Shown piece after piece: positions 51,456 to 61,201 of a DNA stretch of 64,000 nucleotides. A model generated the notes under the pieces. The model did no database searches. It worked only from the letters and a program-made list of their open reading frames with translations, and had not been told where the DNA came from. This stretch comes from Alkalispirochaeta sp. (GTDB lineage Bacteria; Spirochaetota; Spirochaetia; DSM-27196; Alkalispirochaetaceae). The position numbers and the translations under genes were made by a program. Where the stretch lies: the NCBI GenBank assembly GCA_965242725.1, contig CBDESZ010000012.1:32001-96000 (forward strand), read 5' to 3'. Position 1 is the stretch's first letter. Each line of letters begins with the position of its first letter.

Positions 51456-52426
51456 GAGGTGATCTCCACGCAGTCACGTCCTTTCGCTTTTGCCCGGTAG
51501 AGAGCACTATCGGCGGCGGATATCAGATGTTTGGCGGTCGCGCCGTGGTCCGGCCAGACTGCGATTCCCTGACTGGTCGTAATAGGTGCAATTACGGCGC
51601 CGTCCGGGGCGGAAAACGGCCGGGACGCAAGGGCCGAACGGAGTTTTGCGCAAAGCCGTCTCGCCTTTGCCGCGGATGTCCGGGGTAAGACGATGATGAA
51701 TTCATCACCGCCGTACCGCACCAGGATGTCCCCATCCCTGAATGTTTCGCGCATGATGTTGGATACGTGAACGATGATTTTGTCACCCACATGTGGTCCG
51801 TATTGTCCGTTCAGGGCGGTGAAGTTATCCAGATCCAGCATAATAACGGTGAGAGGTGCGTCGGTGGTACGCAGGGGATTCACTTTTTCCGTAAGAATTT
51901 CATCAAGATATCTGCGGTTGTACATACCGGTAAGCTCATCGGTAAAGGCGCGGCTTCGCGCGGTTTCGCCCCATTCAACCATCTCCGAGAGTAGCGCGCC
52001 GGTATTTTCCAATCGTCCCACTATTTTTTCAAGGATTGCCTGCATGATCGCGATGGCGGCGCGGGGCCGAATGTGGATGAGTGTGTGAAAATCGGACTCG
52101 TGAAGTTGCAGGACCTCCGCATCTTCGATGGCACGACACGTCGCGGAACGAGGCGCGTGTTCAAAGACGGACATTTCACCGAGAAAGTCTCCCGGCCCGA
52201 GTGTCGCAACGGTCAATTCGCCTCCCCCTTCCGTGGAGATAATGACGCCGATCGTCCCTGTTCTGACGACGTACAATGAGTCACCGGCGTCACCCTGGGC
52301 AAACAGGGTTGCTCCTTTCTCCAAATTGCGAGGCGTAAGGAGTCGCGCCGCGTATCGTCTCTCGTCCAGCGACAGCGACGAGAATATGGAAACCTCCTCG
52401 AGAAATGGGGCCAGTGTATCTATCAC
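51452..52426 (-). CDS. cNMP-binding diguanylate cyclase
   Basis: cNMP domain GDFLGEMS...PRSAT; TDELTGMYNRR, DLDNF, RYGGDEF intact. Confidence 0.92.
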   Translation of the reverse strand: MIDTLAPFLEEVSIFSSLSLDERRYAARLLTPRNLEKGATLFAQGDAGDSLYVVRTGTIGVIISTEGGGELTVATLGPGDFLGEMSVFEHAPRSATCRAIEDAEVLQLHESDFHTLIHIRPRAAIAIMQAILEKIVGRLENTGALLSEMVEWGETARSRAFTDELTGMYNRRYLDEILTEKVNPLRTTDAPLTVIMLDLDNFTALNGQYGPHVGDKIIVHVSNIMRETFRDGDILVRYGGDEFIIVLPRTSAAKARRLCAKLRSALASRPFSAPDGAVIAPITTSQGIAVWPDHGATAKHLISAADSALYRAKAKGRDCVEITS

Positions 52427-53487
52427 GATTGAGAACTCCCGTCGTAGAGAGCATCGCCGGGTCCTTCGCGAGCCTCCGTGATCCGATGTACGGCAATATC
52501 AAAAAGGTGTGCCCCGGGACTCTCACCGGTCCGTATGGTCTTGCGCCGGTCATGGCGGCGAGGAATGCCCTCATCAGCTGTGGAACGACCTCCCCTCTCT
52601 AAATCCTCCGGCGCGGCGGCAATGGCAATACTGACGGTGATCCGTAGTGACCGATCCTCGGTCAGCGGGAATAGGTCGATTTTTCTGATCCGGGATTGCA
52701 GTTTCCTGGCAAGTTTCCTTGCCTTTTCCCGGCCGAGCCCCGGTAGCAGGGCGACGAGTTCGTTTCCTCGAGTGCGCACAGGTATGCCGATTGATTGGAT
52801 GTCCTCCCGAAATACGTGTGCGACCAGCTGCAATACCGCGTCACCGACGCCGTGGCCGTATCGATCATTCAAATCCTTAAACCGGTCGGGTTTACAGACA
52901 AGTACCGCCGACCGTTTTTTTTCAGCGGCGGCAAAGGAACCGAGGGCGTCTTTCAGGTAGGTGGAATTGTATAAACCGGTCAGTTTATCGGTATAGACTT
53001 GTCGGCGTATTTCCGTGACGAGGGAGCTCTTCTTCCCGAGGAGTTCATTGGCGGTGCGAATCCGCCCGGCCACGTAGGCGATAAGCTTGGAAAGAATACC
53101 GGCAAACTGTTCGGGGTTTTCGTGGACGAGAGAGGCAAAGGTTGTCGATCGATTCGGGATGGTGAGAAGGGTGCCCGCCGTCGCGGCAACGGCTTCGGCG
53201 GAGCGGGTCGACCTCCGAAGAACGTCCATTTCGCCGAACGGTTCTCCCGGAACATACCGGGCGACATCCCGACTGCGGTGCTTGTCCTGGCGCTGGCGTA
53301 TGACAACTTCGCCGGAGGCAACGAAGAGAAAGACCTCTGCGGGATCTCCCTCCTGAAATATCGTTTGACCTTCCTCGATCGATTCAATTGCGGAGTTCGC
53401 AGCCAAAAGGGCAATTTCAGCTTCGCTCAGATTTTGAAAAATCGGACATGCACCGATCAACGTATGAAGCGGGTTATTCTGATCCAT
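52423..53487 (-). CDS. cNMP-binding protein with degenerate GGDEF domain
   Basis: cNMP domain FGEMD..RSA; TDKLTGLYN; KPDRFK and RTRGNEL in place of DxDxFK and RxGGDEF. Confidence 0.85.
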   Translation of the reverse strand: MDQNNPLHTLIGACPIFQNLSEAEIALLAANSAIESIEEGQTIFQEGDPAEVFLFVASGEVVIRQRQDKHRSRDVARYVPGEPFGEMDVLRRSTRSAEAVAATAGTLLTIPNRSTTFASLVHENPEQFAGILSKLIAYVAGRIRTANELLGKKSSLVTEIRRQVYTDKLTGLYNSTYLKDALGSFAAAEKKRSAVLVCKPDRFKDLNDRYGHGVGDAVLQLVAHVFREDIQSIGIPVRTRGNELVALLPGLGREKARKLARKLQSRIRKIDLFPLTEDRSLRITVSIAIAAAPEDLERGGRSTADEGIPRRHDRRKTIRTGESPGAHLFDIAVHRITEAREGPGDALYDGSSQS

Positions 53488-53735
53488 ATTTCGTGCCGAT
53501 ACCCTCTCCCATTGTAGCTGAATGAGAGCGGTTGTACACCCTAAACATGAATCGGTTCACCCTAATCTTTACGGGCAATGGGCGATACTCTAAGAACGAA
53601 TACGGAAACGTCTGCAGGCATTTCTACCGGGCGCTCCATCGTCGTAAGAGGACCACCCGGAACGAAACACAGCCGCACAACAGCACAATCCGGAAGCCGA
53701 GGACAACTATCTGTATACCGCCGTTCTCTCATGGA

Positions 53736-56700
53736 TCATTGATGCTCGTAGGCGCCGATGTCAACCTCTGTCCCAACCACCCTCGGATTGCCTGCGAGAT
53801 CGACAGGAGTTCGTTCGTCGGTATTTCCGTCACCGTCGAGATCTGCGAAATCGTCGATCACGAGCAAGGTATATCCGGCGTCGATTGCCGGAGACATGCT
53901 TTGCGGCGTGAGATCACCGTAGTCGTCGTCGGCGGTACCCCAGGTGCCGTCGGCACCGGCGTTCGGGACGATGGCAACTTGGGGATCAGCGACCACATTA
54001 CCTGAAAGCGCAACCGCTCCCGACAGCTCCGATGCGGAGATCGAATAGTTGATCGCATTGGCGGTTGCATCGTCACCCTTTGCGAAGAGGCTATTACTTA
54101 TCCCATTGCTGGAGGAGATAATATAAAGTTCGGTGCCGGTGGTCTGATCATTGTCTGAAAGGGATACACCGGCAATGAGAACCTGTCCCATCCCCGAGCT
54201 GGCTCCGACGGCACCGCCCGAGGAGGTGACGCTCCGATTTCCTACAAATACGCTTTCACCTACCACGAGGGTCCCCGCCTCTCCCTGGATTGCGCCTCCT
54301 TCATCCTCGGCAACGTTGCCGTAGAGCCGGGAATTGACCACTTGAACCGTGGCGTTTGTGTTGCCGATATGGATCGCTCCTCCCTGATCGGCCGCAACGT
54401 TGCGTTGGAAGAGAGATTCGGCGATGACAAGGGTACCATCCACATCGATTGCACCGCCGTCGGCGGTCTGGTCGGTACCGTCGGCACGATTGGCGATAAA
54501 TTCGGCTCCGGAAATTGCGCCGGTGGTGCCGTTCTGCATATGTATCGCACCTCCGCCGTACACCCCCGCATACGTTCCCGTGGTCACCCGACCGGCAACA
54601 TTTTCACGGAAGAGCGTGGGCGTACCGTCGGCGGCAGCCGTGATGTCGATTCGACCTCCATTCACAACGACGATCGCGCCGCCCCAGGTGTCGCTTGCGT
54701 TGTTTTCAAAGGCACCGCCGAGGACGATAAGGTTTCCGCCGCTTACCTGAACGGCACCGCCGCCACGGCCGTACGTTCCGGTGGATGTGAGCGTCTCGTT
54801 CTGGGTAAACGTCACCTTCTCAATAGTGACCTCGGCTCCATCACTCACATAGAGGGCGCCGCCGGGACGCGGCTCGCTCCCCTGACGCCCCTGACCGTTA
54901 TGAAGCGTGAGATTGCGCAGGGTAAACCGTACGTCGGGTTCTACGGTGAAGTGGCGTCCCGCGTCGCTGGCGTCAAGGACGATCGTATGTTCCTCACCGT
55001 CGATTGTCAGTTCCTTTTCTATTGAGAACCACGTGGGCGCATCCGGCAGCGTCGCCGGTGCGGATATCGTCATGTTTGACGCAAAGATAATCCGCTCACC
55101 CGGTGCGGCGGCGGCAATAGCCTCGGCGAGGCTGCCGGGACCGTCTGCACCGGAGCTGGTGACCTCAGTCGTTCCGTCCGAGAAAGTAACCTCGACAATC
55201 GTACTACTGCGAAAGCCCGGTGCTACAACGATGGCACGGAACCTGTGTTCGGTGAATGCGGCGATCGGTATCGGCCCGGTATAAGGCGTCTTCGATGCGT
55301 CCGGATCGGTACCGTCCTCAGTATAGTATATCGAACCGCCGTCGGGGCTGGTAATGACAAGATTGAACGGCTGGTCGTAGACACCGCCGGGAACGCTGAA
55401 GACCGGTGGTGCGGCGACCAGCGCCGTGCTTTCATAGGCGCCTATATCGACTGCACTGCCGAAAATGCGATCATTACCGGCGGCGTCCAACGGCACCGAC
55501 TCATCACGGTCGCCGTCACCGTCGATGTCGAGTATATCCGACGGATAGACGCCGATATCGCCCGCACCGATCGCCGGCGATGCATCCTGCAATGAGAGAT
55601 CGCCGGTGTCGTCGGCGGTACCCCAGATGCCGTCGCTACCCTCCGTCGGCACGGCGACGACGAGGGGGTCGGCGGCGATGTTGCCGGTACCGCGGGAGGT
55701 GTAGTCGGTGCTGCTTACGACGTTATTGAGCGTAACCGTGCCGTCCGGCTCGTCGCCTATGAGCACCGTGTTTGAGAGTGGGATCGTTGAAGAGGACATT
55801 TCGATTTCCGCTACTCCCGCGTTTACGCCGTTCCGGGCAAAGGTATTGCCGGTGACGAGCGCCTGCCCGCCGACACGAATCGCCTCGCCGGAGTCCGTTG
55901 CGCTGTTTCCGATAAATACGGAGGAGACGACGGCGTGCTCACGCGGGTAGGAGAAGCTTTCCGGAAGATCGATCGCCCCGCCGCCCGCGGATGCGGCGTT
56001 ACCGATAAACCTGCTTGCGTAGACGCGCAATGTGGCGATGTCGCTTCCCTGGACGGCACCCCCGGAAGAGGCCGCGTCGTTTCGGTTAAACGTCGTCGAG
56101 ATGATGTCGACAACTCCCGTGAATCGAATCGCGCCGCCCGGACCGATATTCGACCCGTTCCGTTCAAAGAGGGAGCCGCGGATCACCGTAAAGCCTGAGT
56201 TGCTGTAAACGGCACCGCCGCCTGGAGAGACGCCCCCTACCGCAGGGGGCCCGGTGCGGTTGTCGCGAAACGTAGAGTTAACAATTTCAAGGCGACCGAG
56301 TCCGAAGGAGGTAAAAATCGCTCCCCCGCTTACGGGACTTGAATTTTGGGTAAAGGTGCCGTTTGTAACGTTGACCCATGGCGCATTCACCGCACCACCA
56401 CTTCCCCGCTCTCCCACAGCCTCATTGGAGTCAAATACCACTGACTCGAGTACAACGCCAGTCCGGGTACCCTCCGCCCAAATAGCGCCTCCATCACTTC
56501 CCCGACCGTTACGGAGTGTCATGTTTCGAAGGGTGAGTGTGGGACTGTCGTTGCCGAGGTCGGGTACACGGAAATGTCGGCCAAAGGTACCCGCATCGAG
56601 GACAACCGTGTTTTCGCCGCCGTCGATGGTGAGATCATGGTCAATGGTGAACCAGCTCTCTCCGATGGTGTCGTCCGCCGTGATCGTGAAATCTCCGTCA

Positions 56701-58328
56701 AAAGCGATGGTATCCTCCGGCTGCGAGCGCTCAATAAACCAACTGAGACTACCTATACCGCTGAGGGCGTCCGTTTCAACCGCGGTGGGAAGAACGAGAG
56801 TGAACATCGCCTCGGCCGGCACGCTGTTAGCGCGCAGCGGAACGGTGGCGATCGCTCGGACCGTCGTCGTTCCCGCCGTGGTAATCACAAAGGGTGCCGT
56901 GTACTCCGTAGAAAGTACCGTCGGGTTCGTGCCGTCAAGGGTGTAGTAGATCACGGCGTTCTGCTCGGCCGACGAGAGAGTCACGGTGACGCTGTCCGTC
57001 TGGAACGTTCCGCCGTCGGGGGTAATCGTCGGAGCGGGCATTTGCGTACCCATCACCACCTCGTCTTGGTATTCAAAGGGTCCCATATCGATCTGATCGC
57101 CGAAGAGACGGGGATTTCCCGCCGCATCGAGGGGGAACGGCTCTGAGGTGTCGCCGTCACCGTCGAGGTCCGCAAGGTCCAGCGGAAGCAGGCCCGCGTC
57201 GCCGGTGTTGATCGCGGGGGAAGTCTCCTGCAGGCCGAAGTCGCCGAAAGTCGCATCGGAATCGTCCCAGCTGCCGTCGCTTCCAACTGAGGGCATCTCG
57301 ACGAGGTCCACCGGAGAAAAGAGGTTGCCGTCGCCGGGCAGCGCGGTGCCGCCGGCACCGTCGGGATCACGAATTGTGTTGGATGCGACGGCGACCGTCG
57401 ACAACCAGTCGTCGCGAATCAGGATGGAGTTGGATATGGAGTCCGCGGCGGAGGCGAGTTCAATGATCGCCGCCGTGCCGCTGCCGTTTCGGGCGAAGGC
57501 GCTGTTGGCTATCGTCATCGTCCCGCCGCCGCTCACGACGATGTGGTCGGAACTTTCGCCGTCGGCATTACCCACCATGATCGTTCCAGCGATAATCGTG
57601 GTCCCGGATGACCCGGCGGTGGAAATCACCGCTGCATCCGCGTCAGCGTTGTTGCGGTAGAAGCGGCTGTTGTAGAGGGCAAGCGTCCCGGTGCCGCTCC
57701 ACGCGACGGCGCCGCCGGCGTCGAATGCGTAGTTACTTTCAAAGCGGGAATCGACAAGGATCGCATCTCCGGCGCCGCCGACGGCGCCGCCGAAACTGCC
57801 GGTGTTGCCGACAAAGGCGACGCTCTCGGTACGGAGATTGCTGTCTGCGTCGATAAGAATGGAGCCGCCGTTCTCGGTTGTCGTCCCTTCCCCGACACGT
57901 CCGTCGACGAGGGTGATGTTACGGACGGTGAGGGTCGCACCGTTTGTAACGTGAAAGTGACGTCCCCGCCGGCCGGCGTTGAGGGTGATTCCGTGCTCAC
58001 CGCCGTCGATCGTGATCGATCGGTCGATGGGAAACCACGTCGGCGTGGTGGTCAGCGGGTCCGGTGAGAGAATCGTATAGTCGCCGTCAAAGACGATGGT
58101 GGAACCGTCGGGAATGGAATCGTCGGCAAGCAGTTCCGAGAGGCTGCCCGGGCCCGTCGGTTCGGCAGTAGTTACCGTAAAGGTGTTGGTGACGGGGGCG
58201 GGACCGCCTCCATCCTCGCTGTCGCTTCCGCCTCCGCCACCGCCGGCACTGAAGGGATTGGGACATCCGGAAAGCACAACCACCAGCGTGGCGATGAAAG
58301 CCTGCAAAAATAACCTTCTCCGTCGCAT
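53736..58328 (-). CDS. Large surface lipoprotein with three beta-helix (GGAI/FxxN) modules and two chitobiase-C-like Ig linkers
   Basis: Lipobox VLSGC; repeated GGAI/FxxN; IYYTxDG motifs; each module ends SPAI.AG...DLDGDG...GN.R..G..D.G.(F/Y)E. Confidence 0.8.
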   Translation of the reverse strand: MRRRRLFLQAFIATLVVVLSGCPNPFSAGGGGGGSDSEDGGGPAPVTNTFTVTTAEPTGPGSLSELLADDSIPDGSTIVFDGDYTILSPDPLTTTPTWFPIDRSITIDGGEHGITLNAGRRGRHFHVTNGATLTVRNITLVDGRVGEGTTTENGGSILIDADSNLRTESVAFVGNTGSFGGAVGGAGDAILVDSRFESNYAFDAGGAVAWSGTGTLALYNSRFYRNNADADAAVISTAGSSGTTIIAGTIMVGNADGESSDHIVVSGGGTMTIANSAFARNGSGTAAIIELASAADSISNSILIRDDWLSTVAVASNTIRDPDGAGGTALPGDGNLFSPVDLVEMPSVGSDGSWDDSDATFGDFGLQETSPAINTGDAGLLPLDLADLDGDGDTSEPFPLDAAGNPRLFGDQIDMGPFEYQDEVVMGTQMPAPTITPDGGTFQTDSVTVTLSSAEQNAVIYYTLDGTNPTVLSTEYTAPFVITTAGTTTVRAIATVPLRANSVPAEAMFTLVLPTAVETDALSGIGSLSWFIERSQPEDTIAFDGDFTITADDTIGESWFTIDHDLTIDGGENTVVLDAGTFGRHFRVPDLGNDSPTLTLRNMTLRNGRGSDGGAIWAEGTRTGVVLESVVFDSNEAVGERGSGGAVNAPWVNVTNGTFTQNSSPVSGGAIFTSFGLGRLEIVNSTFRDNRTGPPAVGGVSPGGGAVYSNSGFTVIRGSLFERNGSNIGPGGAIRFTGVVDIISTTFNRNDAASSGGAVQGSDIATLRVYASRFIGNAASAGGGAIDLPESFSYPREHAVVSSVFIGNSATDSGEAIRVGGQALVTGNTFARNGVNAGVAEIEMSSSTIPLSNTVLIGDEPDGTVTLNNVVSSTDYTSRGTGNIAADPLVVAVPTEGSDGIWGTADDTGDLSLQDASPAIGAGDIGVYPSDILDIDGDGDRDESVPLDAAGNDRIFGSAVDIGAYESTALVAAPPVFSVPGGVYDQPFNLVITSPDGGSIYYTEDGTDPDASKTPYTGPIPIAAFTEHRFRAIVVAPGFRSSTIVEVTFSDGTTEVTSSGADGPGSLAEAIAAAAPGERIIFASNMTISAPATLPDAPTWFSIEKELTIDGEEHTIVLDASDAGRHFTVEPDVRFTLRNLTLHNGQGRQGSEPRPGGALYVSDGAEVTIEKVTFTQNETLTSTGTYGRGGGAVQVSGGNLIVLGGAFENNASDTWGGAIVVVNGGRIDITAAADGTPTLFRENVAGRVTTGTYAGVYGGGAIHMQNGTTGAISGAEFIANRADGTDQTADGGAIDVDGTLVIAESLFQRNVAADQGGAIHIGNTNATVQVVNSRLYGNVAEDEGGAIQGEAGTLVVGESVFVGNRSVTSSGGAVGASSGMGQVLIAGVSLSDNDQTTGTELYIISSSNGISNSLFAKGDDATANAINYSISASELSGAVALSGNVVADPQVAIVPNAGADGTWGTADDDYGDLTPQSMSPAIDAGYTLLVIDDFADLDGDGNTDERTPVDLAGNPRVVGTEVDIGAYEHQ

Positions 58329-58585
58329 ATGCCTACCTCCTCGTCTACCGTTCAAGAGTATAGTCCGCCGTCTATGGGATCGACTGAGATTTTAGAGGTT
58401 CATCGGTGTGATTGTTACTAATTTCACCATCCATTCCATTACCACCGGTTGAGATTTACATCTCAATCGGTCGCGACCTGTCGATATCCAACGTCCCTTC
58501 CGTCGTTGCCGGTCTAAATTCCTTTTAATTTCAGTAAAGATTGAACCGATACCGGGTGCGAGGTATATTCGACGCTGTCGGCACT

Positions 58586-60160
58586 ATGGCATTGGGTCTA
58601 GGTGATAGAGGCTTATCGTTACTATTTCTATCTCTCCTGTTTGCGTCGATCGGAACGGAGAACATTAACGCACAGTCCGGAGTATTGGATCTCAGAACAT
58701 ACGATTTCGACACACGAGGGCTCGCCGAGCTAAACGGTGACTGGCTCATTTTCTGGCGACAACTTCGCGATCCGACGGAACTCCAGGATGTTTCACTCAC
58801 CCATCTGCGCGCTCGATCCGACGGTACCATTACCCTTCCCCACACATGGAATACATGGGAATACAAAGGTGAACGGGTCGGCGGCGTGGGATACGCCACC
58901 TTTATAGCTGACGTCCTCCTGCCTGCGGATCTCGACCGTCCGTCTCTGTGGATTCCCAACGCCTCTACGGCGTATACACTCTGGGCCGACGGTAGTCTCA
59001 TCGCTCAAAGCGGTACACCCGGCGCGAGTCGGGCGGAATCACAGCCGCACTACGTCATGAATACCGCCGACTTTCTCGTCTCGGAGGGCCGTGCGCGTTT
59101 GCTTCTCCATGTCTCCAACTTCCATCACCGACGTGGTGGTATGTGGAAGTCGATTAAAATCGGCACAACCTCACAGATTGCACTTCTGGACACTCAAGAA
59201 ACCACCTACGATCTTCTGTTACTGGGAAGCTTTCTCGCCATGGGACTCTTCAATTTCTTCCTGTATTTCAGTAAAAAAAATGAAGAGGGCGGTCCCGCCC
59301 GGGGCGTTGCGGTGCCCCTGCTCCTAGGGACGGCCTTCTTTTCCCTGGTAATACGGGTCATGGTAACCGGTCAGATTCTCGTGACACGGCTCATCCCCGC
59401 ATTTCCCTGGAGCCTGCAGCTGCGTCTGGAATACCTCTCCGCCATGGTCGTACTCCTCACCTTTGCCTGGATATGCGATCGAACATACCCCGGTGTCGTA
59501 CCAAGATGGGTGATTTTGTTTATAACCGCATTTGTCGCGGTAAACGCCGCCATCGCCCTGTTCTTTCCGGTCATCGTATATTCACGAGTCGTGACGAGCT
59601 ACAATGTAATAAAAAGTATCACCCTCCTGGGGATGACGGTGCGATATACGATCTGGGCAACAAGAGGTCACAAGGAGGCGTGGGTCGTAGTGGGAGCGAT
59701 ATTGATTTTCTTTCTCATTACCTTTGGAGAGATGCTCCACTACCGTGAAGTGATTCTCTCCCGCGATTTTGCCCCGGTCGGCTTTATTGTTACCGCGCTC
59801 ACAAGTGGACAGGACAATCAGACACTTCTCTATCTCGCATCAACTCTGGGGACCCTTGGTGCGATGCTCGTCATTTTCAACCTTTTCGTGCTCAAAGTCT
59901 CCCTCGTGTTTCTGAAAACCGAGGCCCGTCTTACGCCGCTGGATGCATCCCACCTTCATGAGAGTCACGGAATAACCTCCCGGGAGCTAGAAATCCTGCA
60001 GCTGGTGGCAATGGGCAAAAGCAATAAGGAGATAGCCGGAGAACTCTATATCTCCGAGGGAACTGTTAAAAACCATCTTTACCGTATCATGCGTAAACTC
60101 GATGTGGGCAATCGCACGGAAATCGCCGTTCGCCTCATGAACTATCAGTTCTCCGATTAG
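58586..60160 (+). CDS. 7TM-DISM-type membrane sensor fused to LuxR HTH
   Basis: GVLDLR..ELNGDW, GYATF, SNFHHRRGG extracellular domain; multiple TMs; ITSRELEIL...SNKEIA..LYISEGTVKNHL. Confidence 0.85.
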   Translation: MALGLGDRGLSLLFLSLLFASIGTENINAQSGVLDLRTYDFDTRGLAELNGDWLIFWRQLRDPTELQDVSLTHLRARSDGTITLPHTWNTWEYKGERVGGVGYATFIADVLLPADLDRPSLWIPNASTAYTLWADGSLIAQSGTPGASRAESQPHYVMNTADFLVSEGRARLLLHVSNFHHRRGGMWKSIKIGTTSQIALLDTQETTYDLLLLGSFLAMGLFNFFLYFSKKNEEGGPARGVAVPLLLGTAFFSLVIRVMVTGQILVTRLIPAFPWSLQLRLEYLSAMVVLLTFAWICDRTYPGVVPRWVILFITAFVAVNAAIALFFPVIVYSRVVTSYNVIKSITLLGMTVRYTIWATRGHKEAWVVVGAILIFFLITFGEMLHYREVILSRDFAPVGFIVTALTSGQDNQTLLYLASTLGTLGAMLVIFNLFVLKVSLVFLKTEARLTPLDASHLHESHGITSRELEILQLVAMGKSNKEIAGELYISEGTVKNHLYRIMRKLDVGNRTEIAVRLMNYQFSD

Positions 60161-60290
60161 GTGTGCGATTTCATTAGTCGGGATCGATCTTTTCGCCCTT
60201 TCGGTGACCGATATCCTTCAACTCGCCGGTGGTGCCGTTTATTTCCCCGGTGCCGCCGGCAAACCGTATATTCACAACTGGAATGAGTCT

Positions 60291-61142
60291 ATGACGATGA
60301 AACCGGTTCGCGTCCTCCTTTTCGGTTGGACGGTCCTATTGTTGACATCGGGATGTATCACGCCCGCACAACTGCGTCAGGCTGCTACGGAACCGATACA
60401 TCTCGTGGCGGTACTACAGACCGGCCCTGATGAGCTGTCCGGTCCGGAGCGACGCCGCCTCATTGATGCGGAGCTTGCTTCGGAAGGTGCCGAATTGACC
60501 CCGCTTGTCATTTATCGTGTTCCCGGCAACGACCTGAACTTCCGGGTCGACCTTGCGTCGTTGGGATCACGGATAGAGGAACTGTACGAATTGTCCTTCC
60601 GCGAAGAGCTCGGTGCGCGCCTCGTTCCGGCGGAAGAAACCGCCTCACTACCAGGAATTCGTTCCGTCACAACCACAGACCGTTTTAAGTCGTTTGTCGC
60701 GGCTCAAAGATCGGGCACATATCTTTTGGTCCGGTTGGCGATCGAACCGGACCTTACGTATCCACGGGTCTCGAGTGAAATACGGCTGGAAGACGATCAA
60801 CCGATTACATTCAAGGCATCGGAAAACGTGCCCCGGATCGTCCGGATTTATCTTTCATCCCGACTTGACCTCCGTACACCGGAACATCCTTCCCGCAACA
60901 TACTGCGGTTCAGATTCAACCGGAAGTACACGCGTACCGGCACTCCCGGTTACCGAACGGAGATTCTCCGAGCTGCGGAAGCGTTCATTGTATCGGAACC
61001 GCCCGGTCCGGTGGTCGTGTTTGTAAATGGAGGCAGTTACCTCACCACCGTGCAACAGGATGCTGTAGCCCAAGATCTCATGGCGGCAGCAACCCTTCTC
61101 GGAAGTACCGCCGCCCAGCGGTTTACCCATAGGGTAGATTAA
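60291..61142 (+). CDS. Hypothetical lipoprotein
   Basis: Lipobox LTSGC. Confidence 0.65.
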   Translation: MTMKPVRVLLFGWTVLLLTSGCITPAQLRQAATEPIHLVAVLQTGPDELSGPERRRLIDAELASEGAELTPLVIYRVPGNDLNFRVDLASLGSRIEELYELSFREELGARLVPAEETASLPGIRSVTTTDRFKSFVAAQRSGTYLLVRLAIEPDLTYPRVSSEIRLEDDQPITFKASENVPRIVRIYLSSRLDLRTPEHPSRNILRFRFNRKYTRTGTPGYRTEILRAAEAFIVSEPPGPVVVFVNGGSYLTTVQQDAVAQDLMAAATLLGSTAAQRFTHRVD

Positions 61143-61201
61143 GTTTACCTCTCTCTCGGAACCCGGGTACGTCAAAAAGGGTGAAAGCGACGATCCCCGA
61201 T

